A model generated the notes under the pieces. The model had not been told where the DNA came from. It worked only from the letters and a program-made list of their open reading frames with translations, and searched no databases. From the NCBI RefSeq assembly GCF_009914755.1, contig NC_060938.1: DNA of 64,000 bases, one strand, 5' to 3'. Made by a program: the position numbers and the translations under genes. How positions within the stretch are numbered: position 1 is the first letter of the stretch; every line of letters begins with the position of its first letter. This stretch comes from the human T2T-CHM13v2.0 reference genome, Homo sapiens. Of the stretch, positions 43,887-61,149 are shown one piece after another.

Positions 43887-44006
43887 GGTACCCCAAATAG
43901 ACCATAAAAGCCCACTTATTTACCATGTGACCTAGATTAATGTTCCTCAAAACTTATGTTCCTCAAAACTCTTCCTATATCAGGTTAGTTTTAATTTAAA
44001 TCTTAC

Positions 44007-44305
44007 TTTTTCTTTTTAGAGATAGGGTGTTGCTCTGTTGCCCAGGCTGGAGCACAGGGGCATGATCATAGCTCACTGCAGCCTTGACCTCCTGGGTTCA
44101 AGCGATTCTCGTGCCTCAGCCTCCTGAGTAGCTGGGACTACAGGCGCTCACCACCATACTGGCTAATTTTTTTTTTTTTTTTCTGGTAGAGATGGGGTGT
44201 CACCATGTTGCCTAGACTGGTCTTGAACTCCTGGCCTCAAGCAATCTGCCAGCCTCAGCCTCCTAAAGTGTTGGGATGACAGGTGCGAGCCACCGCACCT
44301 GGCCA
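44007..44305 (-). mobile_element. Alu (AluJ)
   Basis: J-type antisense dimer. Confidence 0.92.
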
Positions 44306-44480
44306 AAAGCTTAACTTTTAAAAAACGTTTTCTTTCAACTCTTATGGTTTATGATTCTTTGAGACAAGGGTGCATTATTTTAAAATATAAAATCCCTAGA
44401 ACAGAGTTGGGATTCTATATATGTTTGTCATTTTTCCTTTTGCTCTAAGCAACCATAAGATTTAACAAACAAAGAATTAG

Positions 44481-45290
<810 letters not shown>

Positions 45291-45888
45291 AAACCCAAAT
45301 AGTCTACTTTATCTTTTACAGCATAAACATTTCATTTTCCAAGTTGCATAGTAACATTTCCTTGTCTGTCATCAAACTCCATATCTGTGGGTTTTTTTAG
45401 TAGGGGCAGGGCCTATGTCTAATTCATCTCTTATACTGAATTCCCAGAGTAAATACAGTAACCTGGGAAATAGTAGGCACTCAAAAATGTTTCAGGAATG
45501 AAATTTAACAGGCAAGAAAACAACTTGAAAATCTAACGTGTTGATTCCTAACAAAGGAAAAAATGGATCAGGTGGTGTGACAGTTTAATACACGTGTTTT
45601 TCATTTTAAATGTTTTAACACAATTGTAAACAAGAGGCACACATCATCCTATTCTGATAAATTTAAAATATACAAAGTTAATATTAATGCACAATTATGA
45701 GGATGTATATCTACCAAGGGCTATTGATTGGCACCTCAAAAGGTAAGACCTCTTTGTCTTTCTAGTGAAAATGTATTTTAATCTAATTGTATGCCATCAG
45801 GCATTTTCCATTTAGCTAAAGTTAGCTAAAGTTAACACGAATATCAAATACTTGGCCTGAAGTTCCATCTACTTAGTTTGATTTAGAG

Positions 45889-46119
45889 CAGCCGTGTCCC
45901 ACTTGCGGCCCACGGGCCACATGCAGTCCAACATGGCTTTGAATATGGCCCAACACAAATTAGTAAACTTTCTTATAACCTCAAGAATTTTTTTGTGATT
46001 TTTATTTTTATTTTTTAGCTCATCATCTATTGTTGGTGCTAGTGTATTTTATGTATGGCCTAAGACAATTCTTCTTCTTCCAATGTGGCTCGGAGAAGCC
46101 AAAAGATTGGACACCCCTG
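45889..46119. mobile_element. MER30-like hAT DNA transposon
   Basis: GCGGCCCACGGGCCACATGCAG...GGAGAAGCCAAAAGATTGGACACCCCTG terminus. Confidence 0.8.
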
Positions 46120-47680
46120 ATTTAGAGTTTCTCTTTTGGTCTTTTATTTCTTTCTCAGAAATAAAGAATAAATAAGACTGAACATGCAGAGCACTAGTTA
46201 GCTTGAACATTGGCCTTTTAGGTACCAAGCATACATTTGGATTTCCTTCTGCCACCCAAGGCCTGTGAAATCATATTGTTAAGCTGCCTCATAACACATC
46301 TAGGGGCCTCTGAAATTCTGGTCTGAGAGTTCTGGGATTATTAAATCTTGCCTAAGTTCAGAAGTGCCACTCACTGTTCACATGTGGAGAAAAGGGTTTA
46401 TAGAAATTATTTCCTTCAGCAGTAGATTAAAATATTTATTTTAAAAAAAGCAAAATCAAGGAAAAGAGGAGTAGACCACACTAATAATCCACTATATAAA
46501 GGTATGTTCTTAATCTTCAATTGAAACATTCATATGTGAATAGCTAATCTTCAGGACATTGGCTCTCACAATTTTTGATGATGAATAATCCAAATTCATT
46601 GCTTCTCTTCCTATTAAAATTTGTCCTGTTTAAATAAGTGCTCTAATTCCTGTTTTGCCCCAGGTAGCAATTTAGCAAACCCATGAGTAGAAAGGAAGTT
46701 CCAAAGAAGACTCTTAAATAAATGCATTTGGCTACTTATTTTGTACTTTAGTAACAGCTCACAGACTGAAAAATCAGAATTATTTGGTAAAAGTAAGTGT
46801 GAATATTTATTCTTTATAGATTTTATTAATGCTTGTGGTCTTTTCAATGACTGCTGTGAGTAATAAAGATTAGCCTTTTACGAGGTTGAAGACCTGTACA
46901 TAAGAAGGACTAACATTGAGAGCACAAGATGTCAGATTAAAAGATAAAAAATATGCATAGAAATTCTTACCCTTAAACATTTAAGGAAGATAGTCTGCAA
47001 ATAAGTAAAAATCAGGTCTTTTAAATGATGATGAGGATGATGATATGGTGATGATGATGATACATAAAGGTAATGACAATAAAAACCAAAATCCATACTC
47101 TGCACATACATTTGGAAAAGATAATAAAATAAAGTGGAAGAATTCAGAAAGGTGACTAGTCTGAGCCAGCTTCTCACCTCCTTTACATACTTCCCCAACT
47201 CCAATCAGAACACTCCAGTACTGAAATGGGAAATGATGAACCAGGGCATTTAAAAAACCTCACCTCTAATTTCATTAAGACCAATTGCAAATGACTTATC
47301 TCAGAGAAATGAAGCAACTTCATCCCAGCCATTTCAATGGGGCGTTGCGTTTCAGAAGCACACACAAAAAATTATGAAAATGAGTATGCATGAAGGTTTA
47401 ATAGCTAATTTTCCAAGTTGATTATCTTGGCCAGTTCATTGGGATGCTCTTGCTTCTTTGCTAATTTAATTTGTTTCATCCTTTTTATTGTTTCCTTTAA
47501 ATAGCAATTAGGGAAGATAGCACTCCATTTTGCCTCCTACTTGCCCTTTTGCTAAATCATGATTTCACCCTGTGCCAGATAGTTATGGGTGTATGAAAAG
47601 ATGGCACTGGTGAAAGGCAGAGCGGTGAACACACTTGACTCAAGCCTGAGGAATCCAGGAAAAAGTTGCCAATGATGAAA

Positions 47681-47682
<2 letters not shown>

Positions 47683-47716
<34 letters not shown>

Positions 47717-47717
47717 T
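47683..47717. repeat. (TG)n microsatellite ending in CGCG
   Basis: Read directly. Confidence 0.95.
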
Positions 47718-48592
47718 CCACATGTGTGTGTAGTGAATACCTTAGAACAATTCCTTTATTCACATATTCAGAAGTGTAAAACATGCCTATTTGGAAGTAC
47801 AGATTCACTTACATAATGTCTACCAGTGTGCTGCAGTTATTTAAAAGCTAGCTATCAACTTGGTAAGATATGGGAACTTTTCTATTTTGTACCTACTGTT
47901 TTAAAACTGCTGTATATATTTGTACACGTGACAAGCAGCTATTAAATGTTATAATGATTTTTTATTATACTGTCATTAAAAGGCATTTATCAAGTGCTTG
48001 TTTTAATGTAGCCCTATCTTAGGTGAGAGAAAAGAGGGCCTCCTTGATATGTAACACTCCACTGATAAAATTTGCAGTCTGTTCTTAAAACACTGTATAT
48101 TCTGATGAGGAAAGTACAAAAGGTCTCAACATGTATTAATTTTATGCCTTTTTTTGTAGGCAAAAGAAGTAGGAAGAACAGTTTCTGTTCTCAGGCAGGT
48201 CTATTTGGGGATAAAAATAGAATATGAAATAGAATGCAATAAACAAATTACATAGCTATACTTTTTGAAGTCCAGGTCGGGCAGTGAGGTTAGGCTGGAA
48301 GACCTCTTAAGTTGTGAAAGCTTGGTTAAAGATAGGAGTTGACATGGCCTGAGTGTCAGCCAGTGGGGTTCTCTGTCACCAGATGGCTTTGTTAATTTGC
48401 AAAGTCCACAAAAAGTCATCAATAGTCATTGCTCTCTTTCTCTACCGAGTCCCTTAGTCTTCGGGCTCATTTCATCCAAATTAATGAAAGGAAAATCTAT
48501 AAACAACAGCTTTATTGGGAGTTAAATCTCTAAGGAAAAAGCAGAAATTTGTAGATCTTCAAAGCAGTGTTTGCTCTCAGGTATCTCCTTTT

Positions 48593-50170
<1,578 letters not shown>

Positions 50171-52112
50171 TCAGATACCTCATTTTAAATCATGGTAGGC
50201 TTAAACTTTATAAGCCTTTAGCATTACACATTCCATTGTTTATCTTTCATTCTCTAGCATTTATGAAGGTAGAATTTTCCTCTCCAAATTGTAATGTGAT
50301 GATGAAATAGCAGAAAAGATCTCACTTTTCTCCCCTTGGAAGAAATATGGAATTCAGAAATACAGTCTAGAATCTGTCCTCAGCTCAGCCATTCCTGATT
50401 CAGTGTTACAATTGTCCAGAGAGGGCAAATTGCCTTTGGAGCTGAGAGGGTCTGTTACAAGATTCTCTAGTTATTCCTGTAACTAGAATGCATTAGCCTT
50501 AGAAGAGGTGTTTGTATACTGGGCGAGGGATCCTAGTTTGAATGAATGAATGAATAAGTGAGGAATCTAAAAAGCCATTGGGAGGCTTAAAGAATGGCAG
50601 CTCCTTCTCTGGCTCTGCTGTGAGTCATCATTGGGAAAATAAGCAGCCTTCACTTTAGTAGAGGGCAAGGCAGCATCCTCAGTGGAAATCCTGCCATGCA
50701 GTTGGAGTTAGTGTTCTGGGAAAAGGCTGAGAGTTCAGCAGAGTTTATGAACTTGGGAGTTGGAATTCTAGAAGAGCAGCTATGGGAAGATGATTTGCTA
50801 AGGAAGAACGTAGAACCAAATTGGAGTGTGTGTGTGGGAGGGGTGGGATGACTAGAGAGGCTTATATTTTGGCAGCTTAGGAAGACCTGGGTGAAATGGA
50901 AGGTCAGATGAAACGATCTCAAGCTTCCATTGTGAAATTGTTTCCATTCTGCAGCTTCAGGGGTATGTGTGATCTTGTCATCTTTCCTCTGTCCTATAAT
51001 CTCTCCACAAGGCCTGTGCTCCATACAGTCCAGCACATAGTAGGTGTTCAACAAAAATTTATGGATACCATGACTTCATTAAGAAGCATACAGACAGGAA
51101 ATGCAGAATACAGGCTTAGGTCTTCATTGCTCCTAACTGCTAGACCTTCTGTGTCTCCAAATTATTTTTGTTAAGTTAGTTCAAATACTTGCAGTGCTTT
51201 CCTGTAGAAGACGGATTCAGCCAGTTCAAAACTACCTCTAAGGGCAGAACTGAGGACACTGGTAGAAGTTAGTGGGAAGTAGATTTTGGCTTAGAATTTT
51301 CTAATAACTAAATTTCAGAATTAAAAGGGTACTGTTTTTTAAAAAGTAGTGAGCCTCCTAACACAGGAAGCATGCAAGTAAAAAACTGCATGTCTATGTC
51401 TTAGGGATGTTTTAGAGAGGATCCCTTCCACCACCAAGAGTTTCGTATTATTTCTGTTATTGTGTTAAGTGATGGTCTAATATGATAAAATACAAGTAAT
51501 CTATTTTGGAAAGGAGACATAGATACAATTATTGAAAAGCACAATAGAGAAAAAGATTGCATCTATATTATTGTTATATAACCATATGCCAATATGTCTA
51601 GTACATAGTATTAGAAAATGTGTCAGGGTGTAATAAGTAACTTTTTAGAATGCCCTATGCAGAATGTAGAAGCAAATCTGAATTAAAAATGCAGAAACTG
51701 AAGAGGACTGGAGTCATTAGGGAAGGCTTCATGGGCAGCTGGTTCTTTAACAGGGCCTTGGAAAAGGTTAGAATGAGGACAGGCAAAGGGGAAGTCCCTC
51801 CAGGGAGGACTGTGCAGGAGTATTAGTGGGAGGAGGTGTTGGGAGGAGGCAGGATGATTGGCCTCACTCAGGGTCTCTGTACGTATGTGCTTTGCACAGC
51901 GAAGATGGGAACAATCAATGGTCATTTGAGGAAATGACACACACTTAAATCCCTCTTGTCTGAAATCCTGCAGTATCCTGAGTTCCATTGGCCTGCGGGC
52001 TGAGAGACCTGGGAGTCCCAGCTGGGTTCCTAACTAGCTGTTTGGTCAGACACATCACTTAACCACCCTGAGCCTTATTTTTCTCAATTATAAGCCAAGA
52101 CAGTTGGTTAAA

Positions 52113-52267
52113 TCAGTGCTTCTTAAACTTTAATGTGCAAATGGAGAGATTGTTAAAATGTAGCTCTGATTTCATGGGTCGGGGCAGGGCTTGAGACTCT
52201 GCATTGCTAACAGGCTCAAAGGCGATGGCGATGGTAGGGTCAGCAGACCACCCTTTGAGCGGTAAGG
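52113..52267 (+). mobile_element. MER5A1-like hAT element
   Basis: CAGTGCTTCTTAAACTTTAATGTGCA...CTCTGCATTGCTAACAGGCTC...GACCACCCTTTGAG. Confidence 0.75.
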
Positions 52268-53559
52268 GGTTGTATGACTTACGTGCCTCCGTGATATGAG
52301 CACTCTACAAACTAGTTTTAATTATGGTCTCATACTTTTTTTTTTTTTCATAGTTGTTTTCTTATTAGGTAATACGATTGAGAAGTATCTAGCACAGAGC
52401 TGAGTCCACAGTGGGTACTCAGTAACATTTGTTTATTCACGTCAAGTTTCTCCCTTGGATACTCTGCTTACCTTAGAAATGCAGTCGTTTTTGTTCAGTC
52501 CTGCATTTCAAACATGTAGTGCAGGTTCAGCAAATCTAATAAAACTCAAAGAAAAATCTCAGTGCTTTTTAGATCTCTTCTCTTATCTCATGACTCCTGT
52601 TTCTTCCAGTAGGAAAGGAAGTAATGTGCTGTCTAAATATCTGATTGTTGTGTTGCTTTAGGGAAAAACAATTAGATTGCCTTGCCATTTGCCAAATAGA
52701 TGGAATGAAGGTTTCACTCCATTAACACTCATTCCATGAGTCATTCTAAATTCTTGACAGTATGCCAATAAACCCCAGTTAATTCACCAAAATTGCCGCT
52801 GGTAGCATTTTGCCTCTGCAGGTAACCAGCAGCACTGTAATCACTTACTCCACAAAGATAATGAGGTTGTATGGTTTTTATTTATGCTACCAATTTGTTT
52901 TAATATTGTTATTGTTCCTTTTATAGTAAGGCAGATTGGTCTCTGTCTTAAAGGACTGAGAAAGAAGGGATATTAAGGTTCCCAAACTGAATGTAAGTAT
53001 TAATATTGAAAATAGTATTATTGTTTTTTGGACTGACAGTAGTAATTTAGAAGTGTTCTCAAGAGGTTGTATTGATTGAATATATACTTATTTGATTCTT
53101 CAAGATTTTTACCAGACTCCAGTTGGCTTCTAACAAAAGGTTTATACAGATAATGAGATTCCTTCCAGTTCTAAAACACTATAACCTCATGAAATATGAC
53201 CAAGAGTAATGTACACACAGGACAATTTACACTTGGAAAATGAAGTCGAGCAAGTTGTTCCTGAGGTTTTTTGCTTGCCAACTAATGTAAGACAATATCA
53301 TTGAAAAGAAAGAAGAGAAAATACAGATACAAGCATTTGTCCTTCAGGGTAATCTAATAACTCAGTAATAAGAATCTGTCACACAAATTTGGTATGAAAT
53401 CTCTGCAAATTAGAGAAATCCATTACAACAATCAATCTAATAGAATATCAACATACCTCTGAATTTGTTTTGTAAAGAAATATGCTGTCTGTACCCAAGC
53501 CATATTTAAGGGTTATTCCATAGTTTATTTTGGTTGAGAAAAACTAATTTGAGTCACTA

Positions 53560-54135
53560 GACTTTAGATAAGTGTCAGAAGTCCATATTTAACTCGTTTA
53601 GGCAAAAGGGATATTTAATGGAAGGATCTTGGGGTAGCCGACATGACTGAAAGAAGAGTAGGATGACCAAGTCACCAGCCGGGCAGGAAGGAATGCAGTG
53701 GGGCCTCAGGAACCCTCAAACCAGGAACCAGCTTGTCAGGACTTTGTCTCTCTTTTTGGTTTTTACTTCTCTTGGTGCCGGCTCTATTTTCTCCCACTGC
53801 AGACCAGCTTTCTCCACTTGGCAGTTAATGGGGCTGTTGACACCTTGCATGGGAGTTCTTTTACAACTTCTTCTATCAGAGAGACAGACTGACTCTCCCA
53901 GATTAATTTTTTTAAAAGGCTAGGGGAGAACTCTGGGTGGCCGGGTCAGGTGGCTGCTCAGCCTTGGATGCCAGCTGTGTCTAGGAGGGCACGATCAGGT
54001 AAGAACATGCCACATTTTCCTGTAACCACATGGTTGGAGTTGGGAAGGGGGAAATTAATTGAACATGAGGGAGGAATACATTTGCTAAAAGATGGAGGCC
54101 AGTGGCTGGGCAAGGACTCCCAATGTGTTGGTCCA
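53560..54135 (-). mobile_element. Old MaLR LTR (MLT1 family), degenerate
   Basis: TTTAGGCAAAAGGGATATTTAATGGAAGGATCTTGGGGTAGC and GGGTCAGGTGGCTGCTC motifs. Confidence 0.5.
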
Positions 54136-56104
54136 TAAGATAGTTTGGAGTAGCACCCTATCCTTGCTTTAATTCTCCTTGCCCCTCTACTGCTTACAGC
54201 AGGTTGGGAATTCTATGCTAGGTGTTCTATAGTCCTATCATATAAGCTGCAGGGGTCTTGCACTGTCTACTCCTTAGAAAACAAAACTGCCTGTGTTTCC
54301 TGGGCCCCACAGTTGTCTATGTGGTGGGTCTATTACTGCTTTTGTAATCGATTAGCCTGAGTTACAGAAGAGGGAAAGGACAGGCTGACAGATGGTATTT
54401 GCAGTAGGTGCAGGAGAAGATTTGAGTGTCTCCTAATACAAGTCCCCTTCCTACTCCTCCCTCCTGTCTGCCCTCACCAGCCAAGGAACATGTGTGGTCC
54501 TCACAAGTAGACTGCAAGCCACCCAGGAGGCAAGAACAATAGCATGCATGCCTTTAAATCCTGGGAATCTCTGAATACGGTTCTTACACAGCATGAAAGT
54601 GTAACACATATTTATAGATCTGATGTTAAACCAAGTTTAACCTGTATAAAAATAAAAGAGATGTAGCTGAGTTACATTGTGATTTTTAAAGTTCCTCAAA
54701 TGTGAGCATTTTGCATGCAGTATGCACATTGCTATTGTTTCCAAGTGTAAATAAGAGGGCAGAGTCCTATTTATTGGTAATTCTATTGTAGATCTATAAT
54801 AGATGTATGATACTCTTCGTAAAGACACAGCTACAGCAGTTTTAATTATTCACCCATAATGAATGAACCTGGTCCCTACTTAAGAAATGCAAGATTTGTA
54901 TGATTCAAGCATATTCTCTCTTACAGGCAGACACTAATGAATCCTATGAAGGTAATAGACTCTTATCATTGAACCAGAGCCTGAACAAATGTGTTCATTA
55001 GTCTTACTTGTCTTCTGATGATAGAAAAGCTGAATCTTGAGCTGGACACATGTCCAGATTTGAACTTCTTTAAAACATAGGGGTTATATTTTAACAGAAA
55101 ACTTTATAATCAGTGGATTGTTATCATTTGTTGTAGAAAAGAATTTGCTTCTGATGCTTATCATGAAGATTCTTATGGATACTTTGCATTTTTTCCTAAA
55201 TGGAAATCTTTTTATTATTTTTTCCTGATTTTATAAGTAACACATTCTCTTTGTAGGAAATTTAAACACTTCAGAGGTGAATATTAAATTTAAACAATTC
55301 AAAACTCCCATAATTATATTCATCAAAAAACACTTAACATTTTGATGCATATTTATTTATATTATTTAACAAGCTATTGTACAGCAATTTGTATACACTA
55401 AGCTCCTGTCCATCCACTTTACAATTGTGCTTCATTTACTCCTCTTGACAACCCTATGAGGTATTATTATTTCCCTATTTACAGAGAAGGAAATGGAGTC
55501 TCAGAGGCTTTAATAACTTGCGCAAAAGTACATGGTTATAAGTGGCAAAGTTGGGATTCCAACACAGACCCTCGGACTCCAGAGTCCCTGCTCTTAGTTA
55601 TATACCAGGCCTCTATGCATCCTTCCATATCTCCATGCCTAAAATTTAAAAAAATATATCCCATGTTTCCAAGTTGACCTGCCTCCTGCAGTCAATTTTT
55701 CCTTTAATAGCCTCTTAAAATGGGTCGAGACCCCATCCACGGAAAGTGGGAAGTCCACTGTGCCTTTTCCCCAGTATTTCTGTGAATTCCAGGCTGTGTT
55801 GTGCTCTGGGACATTCTTCTGAATCCTACTCCCTCACAGCATCTTGTCCATTCATTTGCTGTCTTGTCTCTTTGTCTCTGGACACCTCCTCAATGTACCA
55901 CTAACATAGATAAATTGGTTATATGTAGAGAACTTTTCCTGAAGATCTGAGGATAAGGAAGATAATTACAATTAGGAAAAAAATTAACACAGTGTTTGAA
56001 ATGATTGTTCTTAGACCCTGAGGGAAAATTAAAATGTCAAAAATTTAAAAATAGTTCCTCTTTGGACACATTCCAACTCCCAATATTACTCTCCTATCTT
56101 GTGA

Positions 56105-56521
<417 letters not shown>

Positions 56522-57132
56522 TGACTTAGCTCTACTTCTCAATTTTAAAATCTGTTGTTTTTCCAGTGCTTCTCAATTGGTGGGTGGTGGTGTACGTATG
56601 AGTTTGCCTTTCAGAAGCTATTTTTGTTGTGATAACAAAGAATTATTCAGCTCTAAATGTCAATAGCACCGAGGCTGAAAAACCCCAATCTATAAAAACT
56701 GTTTATTTTGCTTTTGGGAACTGTTTTCCATCACTTGAATGGTATAATTTTGGGGGAGCCCAAATTACCTAGTAGTCATAGTATATACTATGTAAGTCAT
56801 AGTGCCTACATAATACCTTCAGAGCAAACCACAGTACCTGCTCTCTGACTCTTACAGTGAGCACCCACAAGGCTGGGTCCAATTTTGGGGGACTCGGTAT
56901 GGACATTTGGATCAAGTTGGACCAATCCTCACCTGGATTGTATTATTGTATTCTACAGATGCCTTCCTGCATGTGTGGAGGGAGGGAATTGACAGGGATA
57001 TTCATTGCAACACCATTTATGATAGCAAAAGCTCAGTAACAACCCAAGTGCTCATCAATAGGTGACTGATTAAATTACGGTAAAGCCGTACAAAAAATAC
57101 AAAGATACGGTAAAGCCGTATCATGGTCATTT

Positions 57133-57638
57133 GTACCAGTACCAGGTTAACTGGGTAAACTTAGAAGTACATTTCCCAGAACCCCTTTCCTGTAGGATTC
57201 TAAGTGATAATTGGCCAAAAGAGGAATTAGTGGGACATTTGAAAGGTGGAAGTGAACAGTACCTGTTTCTCTCTTAAAGGCATGGAGATTGGATGGGAGA
57301 CAGACTCAGAGAGGCTGGTGGTTGCTGGCAAGCCCTCACTCTTCTTTGCCCCATGTTCAACTTCTCCTCCTGACTGGCACCTTGCTAGAGACCCACAGAG
57401 GAAACAGCCTCCCATAGATTCCCCCCAGCTTCCCCTTTGTTGATCCGCTTTGTGGCCTGAAGTACTGTAGGGGCTTCTCATATTGACTAGCAACTCTTCA
57501 GAAATGTCAAACTCTTCCCTCCCAGATCTTTACTTCCCCAGCTCCCCCAACACTTGTACAAGGTCTAATTTGTATACTATCTCTCTCAGCCCATAACTTT
57601 AAGTGGTTTTGCCTCCCTGATAAACTCTGGCTGATACA
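57133..57638. mobile_element. ERVL solo LTR (LTR41-like) inserted in an old L1 3' fragment
   Basis: TG...CA-bounded segment containing TACATTTCCCAGAACCCCTTTCC...TTGGCCAAAAGAGGAA; L1 text on both sides. Confidence 0.55.
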
Positions 57639-57899
57639 ACTACATGACCTTAAAAAATAATGCAGCAGCTCCATATACCAATATAAATTCATCTCCTAGA
57701 TAAAAGGGAAAAGAGCAAGCTGCTAAACTGATGAAAAATATTACAGATAAAGCTAGAGCCCCCTTTGACCAATACCTCTAATCCTGGTCCCCATTTCTTT
57801 CCCCCAGAGACTAATACTATTATTAGTTCTAACTAAATTCTTATGGTCTGAGGAAGAGTCCTTAGCAAATTGTAACTCCTGTAGGAGACATTTTGCTAA

Positions 57900-58305
57900 G
57901 ATTCTTTTATTAACATATATATAAGTAACATACAATAAAATGCACAGATTTTAAGTGCTCACATGATGAGTTTTGATACCTGTGTAACATCACCCCTTAA
58001 AAAGATATGCAACATTTCCACCCTCCACCATTTTCCTTGTGCAATTTTCTAGAAAATTACCCTACTTCTGCAACCATGATCTCATTTCTAGCTCCATAGA
58101 TTTGTTTACCTGTATTTGGCTTTCGTAGGAATGGAATTATATAATGAGTACTGTTATGAGTCTGGCTTCTTTCATTCAACATGATGTTTTTGAGATTTGT
58201 CCATGTTGTTTTATGTATTAGTAGTTCATACTTTTTATGCTTGAATATTCCATTGTATGAATCTACATTCCTGTTGATGGACATTTGTTTCCAGTTTGAG
58301 GCATT
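57900..58305 (-). mobile_element. L1ME/MC-like 3' fragment
   Basis: TCTGGCTTCTTTCATTCAACATGATGTTTTTGAGATTTGTCCATGTTG. Confidence 0.75.
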
Positions 58306-60658
58306 CTAAATTCCTGTAAGTTTTTTAATATAGCAAAGAGATTGTTGAGATTATGATTATTAGTATTTGAAAGACCGTGCAATCTCTAATTTTCCCAGAG
58401 AACTTTACCTCCTTCCACGAGGAATCACAAATTAGGTACAAAGTTATGATTTCTGTTTTTTTTCAGAGCCTTTCCATAGTTGTGGGAAAGAAGATGGGTA
58501 AAGTTATTGTTAATCTACAGAGGAAGGAATGATGCCAAGTTTTTCAAGGCTTCCAGAGTCACAGGAGGAGTCACTTGGTAAATCCAGGAGCAGAAACCAG
58601 GTACCAGTTGGAAGACCACAATGTGTTTGTTCAGACCTGTGGGCCTCCTGGATCCTTAGCAAAAGACCACACAGACAAGTGTTGAATGCAGCTTTTAAAA
58701 GTATGGAAGGGACAGTAAGACAGTTCTAAGCGTGGACTAGAATATAATTTAAGGTTTCTGTGACACGGTGTTAGGACTCTTTCCTAGAATTATGAGAGCT
58801 GAACTAACAGCTCCCAGATAACTGAAGCATAATAATTAATCTAGAAAAGCGGCCTCTTCTTTTCTGTGGTTGAACCTAAGTGTAGTTTTTACTTTTAACT
58901 AAAACTAGGTCAATTAAGACCATTGGAATTCTGTGACTGAGGATGTGTGGTGTTTATTGGGGATTTAAAATAAGATTTTTGTTCTTTTATAAATTTTAAT
59001 ATAAATAGATTGTTTTCCCTATAGTATTTAGTGTTAATTAATGGGGCTGACACAATTAATGGCATCAAGAACATATAATTATGTTTATTATACTAAGAAA
59101 TTATGCAATTACGTAGTTGTTTAATAGGTTAAGTGATCTTATAGATATTTTTATCGTTTTTGCAACAGCTTTATCCTGATTTCTTTGTGAGAAAGCTTTT
59201 AATGTTTCAAAAATGTTGAGACAGACTTTTGTTAAATTAATCGCATGAAAAATAGTATATCTTTTTCAGTAACTGGGGATTTTCATAAAAGCCATCAAAG
59301 ATATAATATTAGAAGATCTGCTGTTAAGATAGCTGTTGTCATAAAAAACTGTTGATGAATTTTGAATTTTGACTATTAACTGTCCATGCTAATCAGATAT
59401 TCAGAGAACAATAAACAGCATTTGCTAAATTCATTTTTAAGGAAGTCTCAGTTAATATAACTGATTCTTTTATATCTCCTCCTAAAAGAAGGTATTTCTT
59501 TGAAATATGCTCTTGCTCAAAGTTTAAGATCTGTAACAATTTATCATGCTCTCAGAGTCTAGTCTTAAGCAATTTAATATCATTGTGACAGGTATTTATT
59601 TACCATTGAAGTAAGAATCATTATTTGCTGACACTTTTTTTGACACTTTATGATTTATCTTTAAGTAGTCCTATTAGATGTGATAGGAATGAATTAACTT
59701 AATTTTATCATGATGCTCATAACTTTATTTCCCCCACAGAGGCAGCAAAGCAGTCTTCGTGCATGCTACACATCTGATTTTTCTCTTCCCAATGCTGTTT
59801 TTTTCAGTTCGTGCTTCATTAGTAAAAATATGTGTCCTAATTTAAAACACACTCAATTCTGAACCCGGAATATTCCTTTAAGTAGATACATTTGAGTAGG
59901 TCTGTTCTCTTGAAAGATAGCTTTCACCCAAATGCAGTGTCTGTTTAGTATTTTTGTACCATAGAATAATATGTTTTGAATGTTGTTATTTACCTGTGAG
60001 TTCTTTACCCTTAGTTTTTTGCTCTGTCTGCAGGTTAAGTGACTAGCCTAAGGTAAGAGCCAGATTTGGAGCTTGGAATCTGATAGCCCTTAGGGTGCTT
60101 TATTCCCTGAGCCAATCCACACTTCTACCTCAGTAAAGGAATCAACTGAGGGCTCAGCTTTTCCTCTGCAAGAAACCTGCTCTCTGGGACAGTAAGTCAC
60201 GACCCCTGTGAAAACATCTAAAAAACATATTCAACTTTGTTATTGCTTCATGGCCTCCTAACAGTACAGAGTGATAGCCTCTTCGTGAGGGAAGTCTATT
60301 GAAGGCAGGCTGCTGTGTAATGCCATGGATCTGATTTTTCTGTGGACCACTCTGTCTGTATTAATCATGTCGTTATACGGAGACCATAAGGCATGAATGA
60401 CATCGCATGTGTGAAAAGAAAATATGAGTTTTGTGATTTGGCTGAATGGAAAAGTGCTGTGTCCAGTGTCACAATACCTTTTCTGACTTCAGCTGAATAT
60501 TGCAGTCTAAATCACCACACAGTTCAGGTCTTATTTCCATATGGTGGCATCTGATACTGTTCATTTACTGTTTGGGTGTCAGTCTTGCCTCTCTCAGAAC
60601 ATACTGATCTGTTTGTGTTGGGGGATCAAGTCATATCATTAGTATCCCTTAGTACATC

Positions 60659-61025
60659 TGCTATGGTCTGAATGTTTGTGTCTCCTCCCCTACAAATTTA
60701 TATCTGGAAATTCTGTCCCTCAAGGTGATAATATTAGGAGGTGGGGCCTTTCGGGAGGTGATTGGGTCATGAGGGTAGAACCCTTGTGAATGGGATTAAC
60801 GATCTTATACAATAGGCCCAAGGGAGCTCATTCATCCCTTCCACCACGTGAGGATGTGGTGAGAATGTGCTATCTATGAACCAGGAAGCAGACCCTCAGC
60901 AGACACTGAATCTACCAGTCCCTTGACCTTGGACATCCTAACCTCCAGAACTGTGAGAAATTCCTGTTGTTATAAGCCAGCCCTTTTATAGTATTTTGTG
61001 ATAGCAGCCTGAATGGACTAAAACA
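60659..61025 (+). mobile_element. MLT1A0 solo LTR
   Basis: TGCTATGGTCTGAATGTTTGTGTC...GGACTAAAACA; flanks ACATC/ATGTC fit an ACGTC TSD decayed at the CpG. Confidence 0.9.
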
Positions 61026-61149
61026 ATGTCTAAGACATTTGGCTGATTTAATTGTTGACTGAAAGAACTTTTTTCAAGGATATGGTACATAATTATATGA
61101 ATGTCCTTTATTGCCAGCAATACTGACTGTACAACTTATGAAGTATAAT

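Noticed and set aside
57076-57120. Palindromic repeat-spacer-repeat resembling CRISPR
   Set aside because: Only two 15-bp units inside an L1 relic in a eukaryotic genome; no cas genes.
60034-60052. Possible 19-nt micro-exon (pyrimidine tract-CAG ... AAG|GTAAGA); a similar case lies near 41286-41304
   Set aside because: It overlaps MIR-like sequence and there is no transcript evidence; such splice-like motifs arise by chance.
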